64,000 nucleotides of DNA from Chloroflexota bacterium (lineage in GTDB: Bacteria; Chloroflexota; UBA11872; VXOZ01): NCBI GenBank assembly GCA_965220015.1, contig OZ244798.1, positions 1,954,063 through 2,018,062 of the forward strand, given 5' to 3'. Each line of letters opens with the position of its first letter. Position 1 is the stretch's first letter. Shown here in pieces: positions 1 through 9,714 of the stretch. Under the pieces are notes generated by a model. It saw only the letters and a list, made by a program, of their open reading frames with translations. It searched no databases and was not told the DNA's origin. Made by a program: the position numbers and the translations under genes.

Positions 1-17
1 CAGACTCTGACTTCGGA

Positions 18-1586
18 TTGGGCAGCGATTGGTGGCGCGAGAGCTTGAGCCTCGGCCTCGCGCTCGTTGCAGTTGGCACACCGCTCTGGATCGGGCACTG
101 GATTTGGGCGCAGCGCCTCGCCCGCGACCGCGCTGAAACAAGTAGCGCTCTGCGCGCGCTCTATTTCTTGGGAGTTCTGGGCGTCACCATCATCCAGACT
201 GCCGGAGCAGCAAATGCAGTTCTCTCTTTCCCGCTTGAGCGTCTTGCCGGGGTCTCCACTGAGATTGATGTCCTGCTGGACGGTTTAGCAAAACTGTTGA
301 TCTATGGGCTCATTTGGGTCTATCACATTCGCCTACGTCCGCCAATGCAACTCCACGCCGGGGTAGCAGCGACCATAACGCGATGGTACTGGTACGCCAT
401 CTCATTCGGCAGTGTCGGCATAGTCGCCACGTCGGTCATCGCCCTGCTCACAGCGCTGCTCAATCGGCTGATCGGCGCTGATTCCGTTAGTTCCGGCTGG
501 TGGCAACTGCCAGTCGCGAACGCTATTGCCTGGACGATTGTGGGCAGTGCCGGCTGGACATATCATTGGGCCATCATTCAACGACACACTGCCGTCGAGC
601 AGAGCCCCGAGTTGCAGTCGGTCTTGCGCAAGGTCTACCTCTACGCGATGGTGGGCTCCGGTGCGGCGGGTGCGCTCTTGGCGATCGGTAGGATTCTTTA
701 TTTGGCCCTGCTCAGCGCATTGGGGGCGGTCGGCGAGCGGCTTGAATTCGTCGACAACGTGACGTGGGTAGTGCCTACGGCGCTCGTTGCCGTCACGGGA
801 TGGTTCTACCACCGCTACCACCTGCAGCGGGACGCGGCTTTGGTTGCGGAATTACCCCGACAAGCGACAATCCGCCGTATCTACTCCTACCTCCTGACCG
901 CAATCGGCATAGCCCTGCTGTCGTTCGGGGTGTTCGGCATTCTGCGTTTAGTAATCGGTATCCTGACCGGCCGTGCGGATACGCTGGACCTATCGGGAAC
1001 CTTCCTGCAGCAACAGCTTAGCCTCTACGTAACACTCCTGCTCGTGGGCCTTGCCGCCTGGGTGTGGTATTGGCGTCAGATACAGCAAGAACTGGATGCC
1101 GACGGCAGCGGTGAAGAACGTGCATCGCTCGTACGGCGCATCTATCTCTACTTGGTGTCAGCGGCCAGCGTGATCGGCGTTGTCGTAGCTGTGGGCACGC
1201 TGCTCTACCAGGCTTTGCGCTCTGTGCTTGGCATTAGCTCCGCCAACGATTTCATCGATGCGCTGAACATTCACGTAAGCGTGGCGTTGATTGCCGTGGC
1301 TTTGCTCTGGTACCATGTGCGCTTCTTGCGACAGGAGCACAGAGCCCCAATGGCAAGTGAAGAAGATGAGAAGTCGGAAGTGCAGGAGACGACCGTCGCA
1401 GCGGCGGAAGGGGCAACGGCGACCAGTCTCGTTGTCACGATCGCGGGTGGAGACTTGAAGAGCGCGCGAGCCTCGCTTGAGCAGAGCCCCTCGCTGGAAG
1501 GCTCTACGGTCACCTTCCTTGAGAGCACGCTCGCGCCGCATGAGATCAGTCAGCGGCTGCAGTCCGATTCGAACGAAGAGGGATAG
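18..1586 (+). CDS. Polytopic membrane protein with about five internal 2-TM repeats, each ending in a W-Y-H-x-R-like motif, and an acidic C-terminal tail. Probably 5'-partial, since the ORF is open to the window edge and position 18 is a TTG.
   Basis: Long ORF with periodic hydrophobic stretches. Repeated motifs VYHIRLRP, TYHWAIIQRH, FYHRYHLQRD, WYWRQIQQE, LWYHVRFLRQEH. Glu/Asp/Ser-rich C-terminus. Confidence 0.5.
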   Translation: MGSDWWRESLSLGLALVAVGTPLWIGHWIWAQRLARDRAETSSALRALYFLGVLGVTIIQTAGAANAVLSFPLERLAGVSTEIDVLLDGLAKLLIYGLIWVYHIRLRPPMQLHAGVAATITRWYWYAISFGSVGIVATSVIALLTALLNRLIGADSVSSGWWQLPVANAIAWTIVGSAGWTYHWAIIQRHTAVEQSPELQSVLRKVYLYAMVGSGAAGALLAIGRILYLALLSALGAVGERLEFVDNVTWVVPTALVAVTGWFYHRYHLQRDAALVAELPRQATIRRIYSYLLTAIGIALLSFGVFGILRLVIGILTGRADTLDLSGTFLQQQLSLYVTLLLVGLAAWVWYWRQIQQELDADGSGEERASLVRRIYLYLVSAASVIGVVVAVGTLLYQALRSVLGISSANDFIDALNIHVSVALIAVALLWYHVRFLRQEHRAPMASEEDEKSEVQETTVAAAEGATATSLVVTIAGGDLKSARASLEQSPSLEGSTVTFLESTLAPHEISQRLQSDSNEEG

Positions 1587-1698
1587 ACTCTCCCACTTTG
1601 GGAAACCGATCGCATTGCCCTCAAGTGAATAGCAATAGCTCTCCTGTAGAATCCCCATTGAACTGCTAAGTCTGGGGAAATCGGACTTGCAGTTCGGT

Positions 1699-2772
1699 TT
1701 AGACCCCGGCGGGCACGCTCGCCAGTGCCGCTACGGCTTCCTGCGCGGCCGCGATTGCCGTCTCGATGTCTTCTGCCGTAATCTGGTGGTAAGTCACAAG
1801 GCGAATGCGATCATCGGAAACCGCACTGCACTTCACGGAACGTGCCGACAACTCGTCAACGAGTTGCTGTGCCTCGCCCACAGAGGGATCAACGTCTATG
1901 TACACCATGTTGGTGTCGACGGCATCGGCGGAGATACCTGGGATAGCCCCCAGGCCCTCGCCCAGCCGCCGTGCATTCGCATGGTCTTGGGGGAGCTTCT
2001 GTGGGATAGTTTCCAAGGCAACGATCCCTGCCGCGGCCAGCACGCCCGACTGCCGCAGGCCGCCGCCCAGCATGCGCCGGAACCGCCTTGCCGTCTTGAT
2101 GAAGTCCCTGGTTCCGCAAATGATAGACCCCACAGGCGCGCTTAGGGCCTTAGAGAGGCAGAACGTCACCGAGTCCACGTATTGCACTACTTCAGAAACG
2201 GGCACACCCAGCGCGGCGGCCGCATTGAAAACACGCGCGCCGTCCATGTGGACGTTGATGTCTAGTTCGTCAGCCAAGTCCCGAATGCCTGCCAGGGTGG
2301 ATAGCGGATAGACTGCGCCCCCGCCGCGGTTGTTGGTGTTTTCCAGACAGATCAGGCGCGTGGGAGAAAAAGCGTCATAGGAACGGCGCAGCACGCTGCG
2401 AATATCTTCCGCAGTCAGGATGCCGCGCTCTGAGGGCGCAATGCGCGGCGATGCGCCTGCCACGCAGGCAAAGTCGCCGGACTCGGTCGTGATAATATGC
2501 GCTTCGTCTGCCACAATGAACTCGTCGCCGTTGCGACACTGCGCAAGCAGGCAGACGAGGTTGCCCTGCGTACCGCTCGTGACCATGAGGGCCGCTTCTT
2601 TGCCCGTAATCTCCGCGGCCATGGCTTCCAGACGATTTACCGAAGGGTCTTCCCCGTAACAGTCATCGCCAACCTCCGCATTGGCCATCGCTTCTCGCAT
2701 TGCAGCGGTCGGCATGCTTACGGTATCACTTCGTAGGTCGATTACTTTGGCCATTCCAATCTCCCTCTTCAT
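1699..2772 (-). CDS. ltaE: Low-specificity L-threonine aldolase (PLP-dependent).
   Basis: N-terminal IDLRSDTVSMPT and overall threonine aldolase/Beta-eliminating lyase family architecture. Internal start MAKVIDL at 2754 also possible. Confidence 0.8.
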   Translation of the reverse strand: MKREIGMAKVIDLRSDTVSMPTAAMREAMANAEVGDDCYGEDPSVNRLEAMAAEITGKEAALMVTSGTQGNLVCLLAQCRNGDEFIVADEAHIITTESGDFACVAGASPRIAPSERGILTAEDIRSVLRRSYDAFSPTRLICLENTNNRGGGAVYPLSTLAGIRDLADELDINVHMDGARVFNAAAALGVPVSEVVQYVDSVTFCLSKALSAPVGSIICGTRDFIKTARRFRRMLGGGLRQSGVLAAAGIVALETIPQKLPQDHANARRLGEGLGAIPGISADAVDTNMVYIDVDPSVGEAQQLVDELSARSVKCSAVSDDRIRLVTYHQITAEDIETAIAAAQEAVAALASVPAGV

Positions 2773-2985
2773 TCTTTAGCCTATTTGCGTTACTCTCTCT
2801 TAGTCGTGCGCGCCCGCCGCTGTGCAGCCGGTAAATTCAACCTCTCAGGCAAACTGCCTGCGCCTGCCGGCGGAGCGATAGAGCTTCTGTTTCAAGTATA
2901 GAATCCCTGCTAGATCTGCGCACCTTGAACGTCGCGCCAACGGAGCATTCCCCAGTGCCTGACCTCTCCCAGTAAAGCAAGCATG

Positions 2986-4008
2986 CTACGCACCCTCCTC
3001 CAGGCCTTCTTCAAAGAAACGGGCCAATTCATCCCGTGAAAACGCCGGCACGTCGTGCCAGGCATCGTGCAAGTGCATGCGTACGCCTTGGTCCACTGGG
3101 GTTAGACGGCCGATTGCGGCAGCCTCGATGCCGTCGGCCCGCAGCGCTTTCATTGCAGAAACTACGTCTGCCGGGGCGACGACTGCGAGCAAGGCGCCGG
3201 ACGCCAGCAAACCGAGCGGGTCAAGTTCCAAGGCTTCACAGATTTCGACGGTTTCCGACAGGAGCGGCACAGTTTCAAGATCAATGGCCAGACCGCAGGT
3301 CGCGCCGGCCGCCAGCTCAAGCAGCGCCGTAGCCAATCCGCCTTCAGTGGGGTCATGCAGCGCGCGTGGATGAACGGCGCGGCACAAGGCCTCTGCGGCG
3401 GGCACCACGCTAAGGCCGGGATCGTCGAGGTACGTCTGTGCGCGGGCGATAGTAGCAGGCGTCACGCCCTGCGCCGCCAATTGGTCGCTTGCGTCCTGAG
3501 CCAGAATGGCGGTGCCCTCAATCGCAATGCCCTTCGTCAAGATAACTATGTCTCCCGGCCGGGCATTCCCGTTCGCAACGAGCCGGTCCTTAGCGACCTC
3601 ACCCAACAACGTGCCCGCAAGAATGGGTCGTTCCACGCCATCGGTCACCTCGGTGTGCCCGCCAATCAGCGTTACACCCAGCGATCGGCAGGCATCTTTG
3701 AGGTCTTGAAATATCTCCGTTACAGTCTCTTCCGTGCACGTCGGAGGCAGCAAGAGGGTGCCCAGAAACCAGCGCGGCCGCGCTCCCATTGTTGCCACGT
3801 CATTGGCGTTGATCTGCAAGGCATACCAGCCAATGCGATGCGCCGTAAAGGTGATCGGATCGCTTTTCGCGATGAGATACCGCTCGCCAATGTCCAACAC
3901 CGCGGCATCTTCACCCAAGCGCGGCCCCACGATAACGTCCGGATCATCAATCGGTATGGCATCTAGCAGACTCTTCAATAGACCTGCCGGCAGTTTACCT
4001 TGGAGCAT
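2986..4008 (-). CDS. PurM-superfamily (AIR synthase-related / HypE-like) ATP-binding protein.
   Basis: N-terminal GEDAAV motif and C-terminal TEGGLATALLE motif typical of PurM/HypE/ThiL/SelD fold. Lacks the HypE C-terminal Cys. Start lies 4 nt after the rtcB stop. Confidence 0.6.
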   Translation of the reverse strand: MLQGKLPAGLLKSLLDAIPIDDPDVIVGPRLGEDAAVLDIGERYLIAKSDPITFTAHRIGWYALQINANDVATMGARPRWFLGTLLLPPTCTEETVTEIFQDLKDACRSLGVTLIGGHTEVTDGVERPILAGTLLGEVAKDRLVANGNARPGDIVILTKGIAIEGTAILAQDASDQLAAQGVTPATIARAQTYLDDPGLSVVPAAEALCRAVHPRALHDPTEGGLATALLELAAGATCGLAIDLETVPLLSETVEICEALELDPLGLLASGALLAVVAPADVVSAMKALRADGIEAAAIGRLTPVDQGVRMHLHDAWHDVPAFSRDELARFFEEGLEEGA

Positions 4009-4012
4009 AGCG

Positions 4013-5509
4013 TTAGCCCTTTATCACGCCAAGCGGCCGCACGCGTGCCACCACGCGGGCAATGCCGGATCGCTCGACAACATCCACCACCTCGCGCACG
4101 TCTTTATAGGCTTCGCTTGCCTCTTCCGCCAGACCGGCTTTGCTGTTGGCGCGGACGACGATGCCTTTGTCTCGCAATAGCTTGACGATATCCACGCCGG
4201 CCAGCTTGCGCTTTGCCGCGCCTCTACTCAGCAGCCGCCCCGCGCCGTGACACGTGGAAGCGAATGTCTCACGCTGAGCCTGCGCTTCTCCAACCAGAAT
4301 GTAGGAGTACCGCCCCATGTCGCCCGGAATGAGGACCGGCTGGCCGACGGCGCGGTACTTGGCGGGCACTTCCGGGTTCCCCGCAGGCAGGGCGCGTGTC
4401 GCGCCTTTGCGGTGGACGCAGAGGTCCATTTCCTTCCCGTTCACCCGATGCCGCTCCAGCTTGGCGATATTGTGGGCAACATCGTACACGACATCGATCT
4501 GAATTGCAGACTCCGCTAGACCGAGGACGCGCTGAAACGCTCGTCGAATGCGCTCGGTTATTGCCTGGCGGTTGGCAAAGGCGAAATTGGCAGCCGCAGC
4601 CATGGCGCCAAGGTAGGCTTGACCTTCCGGCGACCTGATGGGAGCGCAGGCCAGTTGCTTGTCCGGCACAGTGATGCGGTACTGTTCCATCGCACGCTGC
4701 ATAGTTCCAAGAAATTCCTGGCACACTTGGTGTCCCAAACCCCGGGAGCCGGTGTGAATGGAAAGCACTACCTGACCGGGCTCGGTGATGCCAAAGGCGT
4801 GTGCGGCTTTGGCATCCGCAATGGTCTCCACCACCTGCATTTCCAGAAAGTGATTGCCCGACCCCAACGTACCAAGCTGGGGCGCTCCCCGCTGGCGCGC
4901 CCGCTCGCTCACCTGGGCAGGATCGGCGTTGGGCAGGCAGCCGCCAGCTTCAATGGCGGTGAGGTCCTCAGGCCGTCCGTGACCGTTTTCCACGGCCCAT
5001 GCCGCGCCCTTGGCGAGCGCTCCTTCCACGTTCGTGGGCCTGCCACGTTTCTTACCGCGTCGTCCTAGTCCCGTGGGTACGTCGCGGAATAGCTGATTTA
5101 GAATCTCCGGCAGACTGCCCTTGACGGCGCGCTCGTGCAGGTTGGTGCGCAAGAGGCGCACACCGCAATTTATGTCAAATCCTACGCCGCCCGGTGATAC
5201 AACGCCGTCGTCTACGCGCGTCGCGGCCACGCCGCCGATAGGAAATCCATAGCCCCAGTGAATATCCGGCATGGCAAGGGCATGCCCCACTATCCCGGGC
5301 AGTGTAGCCATGTTCGCTACTTGCTGGATTGCCATGTCGCCCGCCATGGCATCGATCATGGCTTCGTCAGCAAAGATGAGACCCGGCACGCGCATGCCGG
5401 ACATGTAGTCAGTCGGTAGCTCCCAGCGGACGGCATCCCGCTGTTGCAACACGGATCGCCAGTTCTGAGGCGCGTTCTTTGTCATGCAAGCCCACCTGTC
5501 AGATGTCAA
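4013..5509 (-). CDS. rtcB: RNA-splicing ligase RtcB (3'-phosphate/5'-OH RNA ligase).
   Basis: Full-length RtcB-family similarity with conserved His/Cys metal-site region (e.g. NCGVRLL, HTGSRGLGHQV, HNIAKLE). Alternative start MTKNAPQNW at 5485. Confidence 0.9.
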   Translation of the reverse strand: MTSDRWACMTKNAPQNWRSVLQQRDAVRWELPTDYMSGMRVPGLIFADEAMIDAMAGDMAIQQVANMATLPGIVGHALAMPDIHWGYGFPIGGVAATRVDDGVVSPGGVGFDINCGVRLLRTNLHERAVKGSLPEILNQLFRDVPTGLGRRGKKRGRPTNVEGALAKGAAWAVENGHGRPEDLTAIEAGGCLPNADPAQVSERARQRGAPQLGTLGSGNHFLEMQVVETIADAKAAHAFGITEPGQVVLSIHTGSRGLGHQVCQEFLGTMQRAMEQYRITVPDKQLACAPIRSPEGQAYLGAMAAAANFAFANRQAITERIRRAFQRVLGLAESAIQIDVVYDVAHNIAKLERHRVNGKEMDLCVHRKGATRALPAGNPEVPAKYRAVGQPVLIPGDMGRYSYILVGEAQAQRETFASTCHGAGRLLSRGAAKRKLAGVDIVKLLRDKGIVVRANSKAGLAEEASEAYKDVREVVDVVERSGIARVVARVRPLGVIKG

Positions 5510-5963
5510 AGACCACCTGCACGTGCGTGCGGTCTGGTGTTATCTCAACCTTGAGTTGATGGTACGTCACTGCCTTGATCTCGCCAATACCGGACATTTC
5601 TGAGTCTTCTAGCAAGATTCCAGTGACTTTGGCGGAACAGTGGGGCGGCGCGCAGGAAGCGAATTCATACGCTTGCGCCACCACATCTTCCACGCTCATG
5701 AGGAAGAGGAACTCTGCGAGCCAATTCACCAGCAGGTCGTGCCACGAGTCGCCAGTGACCGTCACAGTGCGCTCTGTTGTCGGGCCGGTCCGGTCACTCG
5801 GCTCGCCGCCAAGCATGATCGCGTACATGCCACGGGCGGCGGCTGCAAAGGCGGCGCCGGGTTCGGCACCCCACGCGGTCACGCCCACATCGGCCGTATG
5901 CTCCAGTAAGGCGTAACCGGACGTGCTCGCCGCCAACGCACGACTCTTAGCCTCCATGCTCAT
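5499..5963 (-). CDS. Archease (RtcB activator).
   Basis: LEHTADVGV N-terminal motif and archease-length protein. Chosen start MSMEAKS at 5963 (ATG verified), overlapping the upstream gene's 3' end by 17 nt and the rtcB start by 11 nt. The ORF is open further upstream to 6086. Confidence 0.8.
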   Translation of the reverse strand: MSMEAKSRALAASTSGYALLEHTADVGVTAWGAEPGAAFAAAARGMYAIMLGGEPSDRTGPTTERTVTVTGDSWHDLLVNWLAEFLFLMSVEDVVAQAYEFASCAPPHCSAKVTGILLEDSEMSGIGEIKAVTYHQLKVEITPDRTHVQVVFDI

Positions 5964-8484
5964 GACCGTGGTCGTGCAAGCGTCCTTGGAGGTGCGCCTT
6001 TGCATGTTGAAAGACCTGGCGCACTTGGCCGTGGCGCTCTGCGTCCGCGCGCGTAGCAAGGGTATCGAGCCACGTAAGGCCGCCATCCAGAATGGTCATC
6101 ATGTATGTCGCGTCGCTGGGATTGAAGAGTTCTTGGTTGTCGGCTACGACGTAGACCGGCGACGTGTGCGCCGCCACGTTTACTACCCAGTAGTGCTGAA
6201 CTTCCAAAGAGCTCACGCAACGCGCTGCGATCCAGCCACTGCCAGTGAGTTTGACTTCCTGACTAATGCGGCAGGTCTTGCCGCCGTCAGGCACGGTTTG
6301 CGTAGCGACAACGGCGCCGTTGCACACAATCTGCAGCTCGTGGAACGGCAGCACCGACTCCGCCCAAGCCTCCACTGTTAACGTGCCTCCGCCGGCGGGT
6401 AGCTTGAGTTCATCGCCGGGTCGTTTTCCTTCGACACGTAATTCCAGCAGCGGCCCGCTGGTTGTGAACGTGCGTCCATCCCGCACAGCCTGCGCCCAGG
6501 TGCCGAAAGAGAAATCGTCCTGTAACAGCGCGTAGGTGCGCACACCGCCTACCGGGATCCCGGCGCTCATCTTGTCGGTACCGCCCACTGCCGCCACCCG
6601 GTAGCCGTTGTTGAGGAAGCGGTACCATTCATGCAGGCCGAAGCCGTCGATGGAAGGCGTAAAGTACTTCAGTTCAACCGCGTCGACCTTGCCAAGCACA
6701 ATCTCCGCTACAGCTTCGGTATAGGGGTTGGGGAAGTGCGGGATAACCACCAGACCGTCACGTTCGCGCGCCCGGTCCGCCCACTCGCTCATGCTGCTGA
6801 GCACCGGATCGCCGATGTAGCTCTCACCCGGTCCGCCCGTAGTCATGGGGTACACCGGTTCGCCTTTTACGCCCAGCAGGCTGATATGGCCCATCAGGTG
6901 TTGCCGATTCTCCGTGCCCACGTACACCACGGTGTCGTCCCTGCTTACGCCGGAAACTTCACCGGTGATGTCGGCAACGTTGGTATAAAGATCGCCCCAC
7001 TGGGAGGCGAGGAGATTTATCAGGTTGACGCCCTCCGCCTGGCCCTCAAGCCATGCGGTCTGCGGAGAAATGAAGTGCACGTGGGTATCGGCCGTGACCC
7101 ACCCATGCTCACGCCAATTGAGCGGGCGCGCCAACTTTAGGGTAAGTTCCCGCTGACCGGCAGCGATGCTGAGGCGCTGGCGCAAGGGTTGGTATTCAAA
7201 GCCCTTGAATATCTCGACGAATACGTCCCCTACAGGTAGTTCAATTTGAAATGTGCCGTCCACGTACGCGTACTGGGTCGCTCCCAACTTCAGATCGCCG
7301 GCGTAGTCTTCAAACCAGTTGTCGTTCACTTCATGACGGTGGCCGTAGGGCGGAAAGTACCTGCCGTCCGGTGAACGAAAGTGAACGCGGGCCGCGGTTG
7401 GCTTGCCGCTGGCCGCGTCTTCCAGCCGCACGTGCAGCCACGTCCGCTCCGGCGTAAGCACTTCCACCCGCACTTTGCCGTCGCTGCTCTTGCTTTCACC
7501 GGTGTCGTAGAGAGACTCCATCGGCACGGCATGGCCGTCCACCTCCAGCGTGGCATCCGGGCTGGCAGTCACGTCCACGATAAGCGACTTCTCCGCTTCA
7601 CTGCTAACTCTCTCACCTAGGCCGGGCGCCTCGTCATCGAGCCAGGTCTCCGGGTCGAACGCCGGCACCGCGTACTTACGGGCTAAGGTGCCAAGGTCTA
7701 CCGTCACCGGCGTGTCTTCCGGCGACCCATCATCCAGTTCCGGCGGCAGCACAATGCGAAAGCTCTCCAGTTGATTGTGGCGCAGCGGATGGTGCTTGCC
7801 CGTATAGAGCGTTATGCCCGCAATCACAATATTGACGCCGCTTGTTGCCGCCAAGTGCAACGACTCCACGGTCCGACTGGGATGCGGATTCGGTAGAGCG
7901 TATATCCAATAGTTCGATGCAGACCTTGCCCGCTGCATGTTGAGGCCCGTTTGCCAGTGTCCCCAGGAACCGCGGGGATACGGTCCGTTGATATCTGCCG
8001 GCCCCATGCCGCCCTGCGGCCGGGCGGCAAAGGCCATTTGACCCCAGGCGACGGTCGAGTTGATTTCAAACCGCCGCCGGACCGGTTGCGCCTGCTCCTC
8101 GCCATCAGCGTAACGGAGCGTATACGCGGCAAGTTGCTCACCGGGACTTAGTACCATACCGCTCATGCCGGGCTGCGCTGACACGCCCGGTTCTGCGTCA
8201 CAGAAATGCGCAAAGATGAAGTGCGTGATTTTGCTTTGCCCAACCGGCACGATGACGCCTGCTTCACTAAGGCGAATCCAACTATTCGACGCGTCCGCCC
8301 CACCGAGAGCAAAGGGAATTCCCCAGAATTCCTGCTCACCCTCCGGTAAACTTTTCAAATCCTGCAATACCGGTCCATCCCACGAGGGCGCATCGTCTTG
8401 ACGCCCAGCATTACGCACGTGCGTCAAGTCAAGGGGTATTGAGTGAATCATAAGCGCCCTCCTCATTAGACGGGGCAAACGCAC
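5947..8484 (-). CDS. 845-aa protein with an N-terminal ~450-aa domain of unknown function and a C-terminal CehA/McbA-type (PHP-like) metal-dependent hydrolase domain.
   Basis: Motifs VTADTHVHF, HLMGHISLLG, VVIPHFPNP and AVGGTDKMS typical of the CehA/McbA/PHP metallohydrolase fold. His-rich C-terminus. First gene of the rtcB operon. Confidence 0.5.
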   Translation of the reverse strand: MRLPRLMRRALMIHSIPLDLTHVRNAGRQDDAPSWDGPVLQDLKSLPEGEQEFWGIPFALGGADASNSWIRLSEAGVIVPVGQSKITHFIFAHFCDAEPGVSAQPGMSGMVLSPGEQLAAYTLRYADGEEQAQPVRRRFEINSTVAWGQMAFAARPQGGMGPADINGPYPRGSWGHWQTGLNMQRARSASNYWIYALPNPHPSRTVESLHLAATSGVNIVIAGITLYTGKHHPLRHNQLESFRIVLPPELDDGSPEDTPVTVDLGTLARKYAVPAFDPETWLDDEAPGLGERVSSEAEKSLIVDVTASPDATLEVDGHAVPMESLYDTGESKSSDGKVRVEVLTPERTWLHVRLEDAASGKPTAARVHFRSPDGRYFPPYGHRHEVNDNWFEDYAGDLKLGATQYAYVDGTFQIELPVGDVFVEIFKGFEYQPLRQRLSIAAGQRELTLKLARPLNWREHGWVTADTHVHFISPQTAWLEGQAEGVNLINLLASQWGDLYTNVADITGEVSGVSRDDTVVYVGTENRQHLMGHISLLGVKGEPVYPMTTGGPGESYIGDPVLSSMSEWADRARERDGLVVIPHFPNPYTEAVAEIVLGKVDAVELKYFTPSIDGFGLHEWYRFLNNGYRVAAVGGTDKMSAGIPVGGVRTYALLQDDFSFGTWAQAVRDGRTFTTSGPLLELRVEGKRPGDELKLPAGGGTLTVEAWAESVLPFHELQIVCNGAVVATQTVPDGGKTCRISQEVKLTGSGWIAARCVSSLEVQHYWVVNVAAHTSPVYVVADNQELFNPSDATYMMTILDGGLTWLDTLATRADAERHGQVRQVFQHAKAHLQGRLHDHGHEHGG

Positions 8485-8577
8485 TATAGGGTAAAGCTGC
8501 CACCGGGTGATTACTTTGGGTGCACGATACCACGAACCCGCCAGGGCAACAATGGGATTGAAGGTGGCGGAAGTCGG

Positions 8578-9534
8578 CTACTGCTGGTGCGGGTTTTGGG
8601 GATTCATGTCCTGGACTGCCTGCAGCGCGCGCATGGTGGGCAGGACGTCCTCGCCGGAAACTATTGGTTCCCGTTCCTGGCGGAGCGCGCTGACGAACTC
8701 CAAGTTCTGCAAGAGCCCCGCGCTTGCTTCCTCATCCTCCCCTCCGGCAGCCAAAATCTGGTCGCTGGGGTCTACCAGCTTGCCGTCGCGAACCAGCAAC
8801 GTCGTTTCTTCGCCAATCACCACGATTTCGAGCATGGAACGCATGGTGTTGTACGAAAGCGCGCACGAAACCAGTTGTTCGCGCGGTGTGCGTAACGACA
8901 CGGCGAGGTCTAAGGGAATGCCCAATGCCTCGTGTGGCGGCCCCATGTACCCCGCGACATCCTGGGCGGGCTCCCCCAGCAGCCAAAGTGCCGTATCCAC
9001 CGCATGGCAGCCATGATGCCAAAGCAAGTTATCCGTCCACGAACGCTGCCGGCCTTGCCAATTCACGTTCTGCCGGCGCAGAAATCCGTAGTGAATGTAC
9101 ACACTGTGAACGTGCAATTCTCCCTCCGCAATGCGCTGCCGCACCGCGGTCAACGTCGGCCAGAAGCGCATGGTGTGGGCAACCATCAGGCTGCGGTCTT
9201 GCTGCACGGCGAGGGCAGTCAACATCTCAGACTCTGTGAGCGACAGAGCCAGCGGAATCTCTACGAGCACGTGTTTGCCGGCCTCGAGCGCAGCCTGCGT
9301 TTGTGCCGCATGTCTCGCGCTGGGAGAGGTTATGACAACCGCGTCGACGTCGTCTCTTGCCAGGGCTTCCGCGAGGTCTACGGTTGCCAGTGAGGCGCCG
9401 CACTTTTTCGCGAACGCCTGTGTCGGCTCCAACAGGCGACCGACAACGGCAGTGACCCCCACACCGGGAATGCGCGCAAACGATTGCCGATGGACTTCCG
9501 CAATGCTGCCGTATCCAACCATGCATAGGTTCAT
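8578..9534 (-). CDS. Gfo/Idh/MocA-family NAD(P)-dependent oxidoreductase.
   Basis: N-terminal Rossmann segment MVGYGSIAEVH...VVITSPSARH and EKP-like VLVEIPLA motif. ATG at 9534 verified. Confidence 0.8.
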   Translation of the reverse strand: MNLCMVGYGSIAEVHRQSFARIPGVGVTAVVGRLLEPTQAFAKKCGASLATVDLAEALARDDVDAVVITSPSARHAAQTQAALEAGKHVLVEIPLALSLTESEMLTALAVQQDRSLMVAHTMRFWPTLTAVRQRIAEGELHVHSVYIHYGFLRRQNVNWQGRQRSWTDNLLWHHGCHAVDTALWLLGEPAQDVAGYMGPPHEALGIPLDLAVSLRTPREQLVSCALSYNTMRSMLEIVVIGEETTLLVRDGKLVDPSDQILAAGGEDEEASAGLLQNLEFVSALRQEREPIVSGEDVLPTMRALQAVQDMNPQNPHQQ

Positions 9535-9714
9535 TTTACGTCTCTTTCTAGCATGTCATAACGTCTGGGCATCTAACGAAAGCGCTGAAGCGGACCGCTA
9601 GGCCTTGCCAACAGTGCATAGGTGCGGACAAATTGTGACGCGGCATGCCGATGTGGCCTAGGCTTGCAGACTTGCACTCTCTCCGTTGAACCGGAAAGAG
9701 TGAGCGACCATCTC

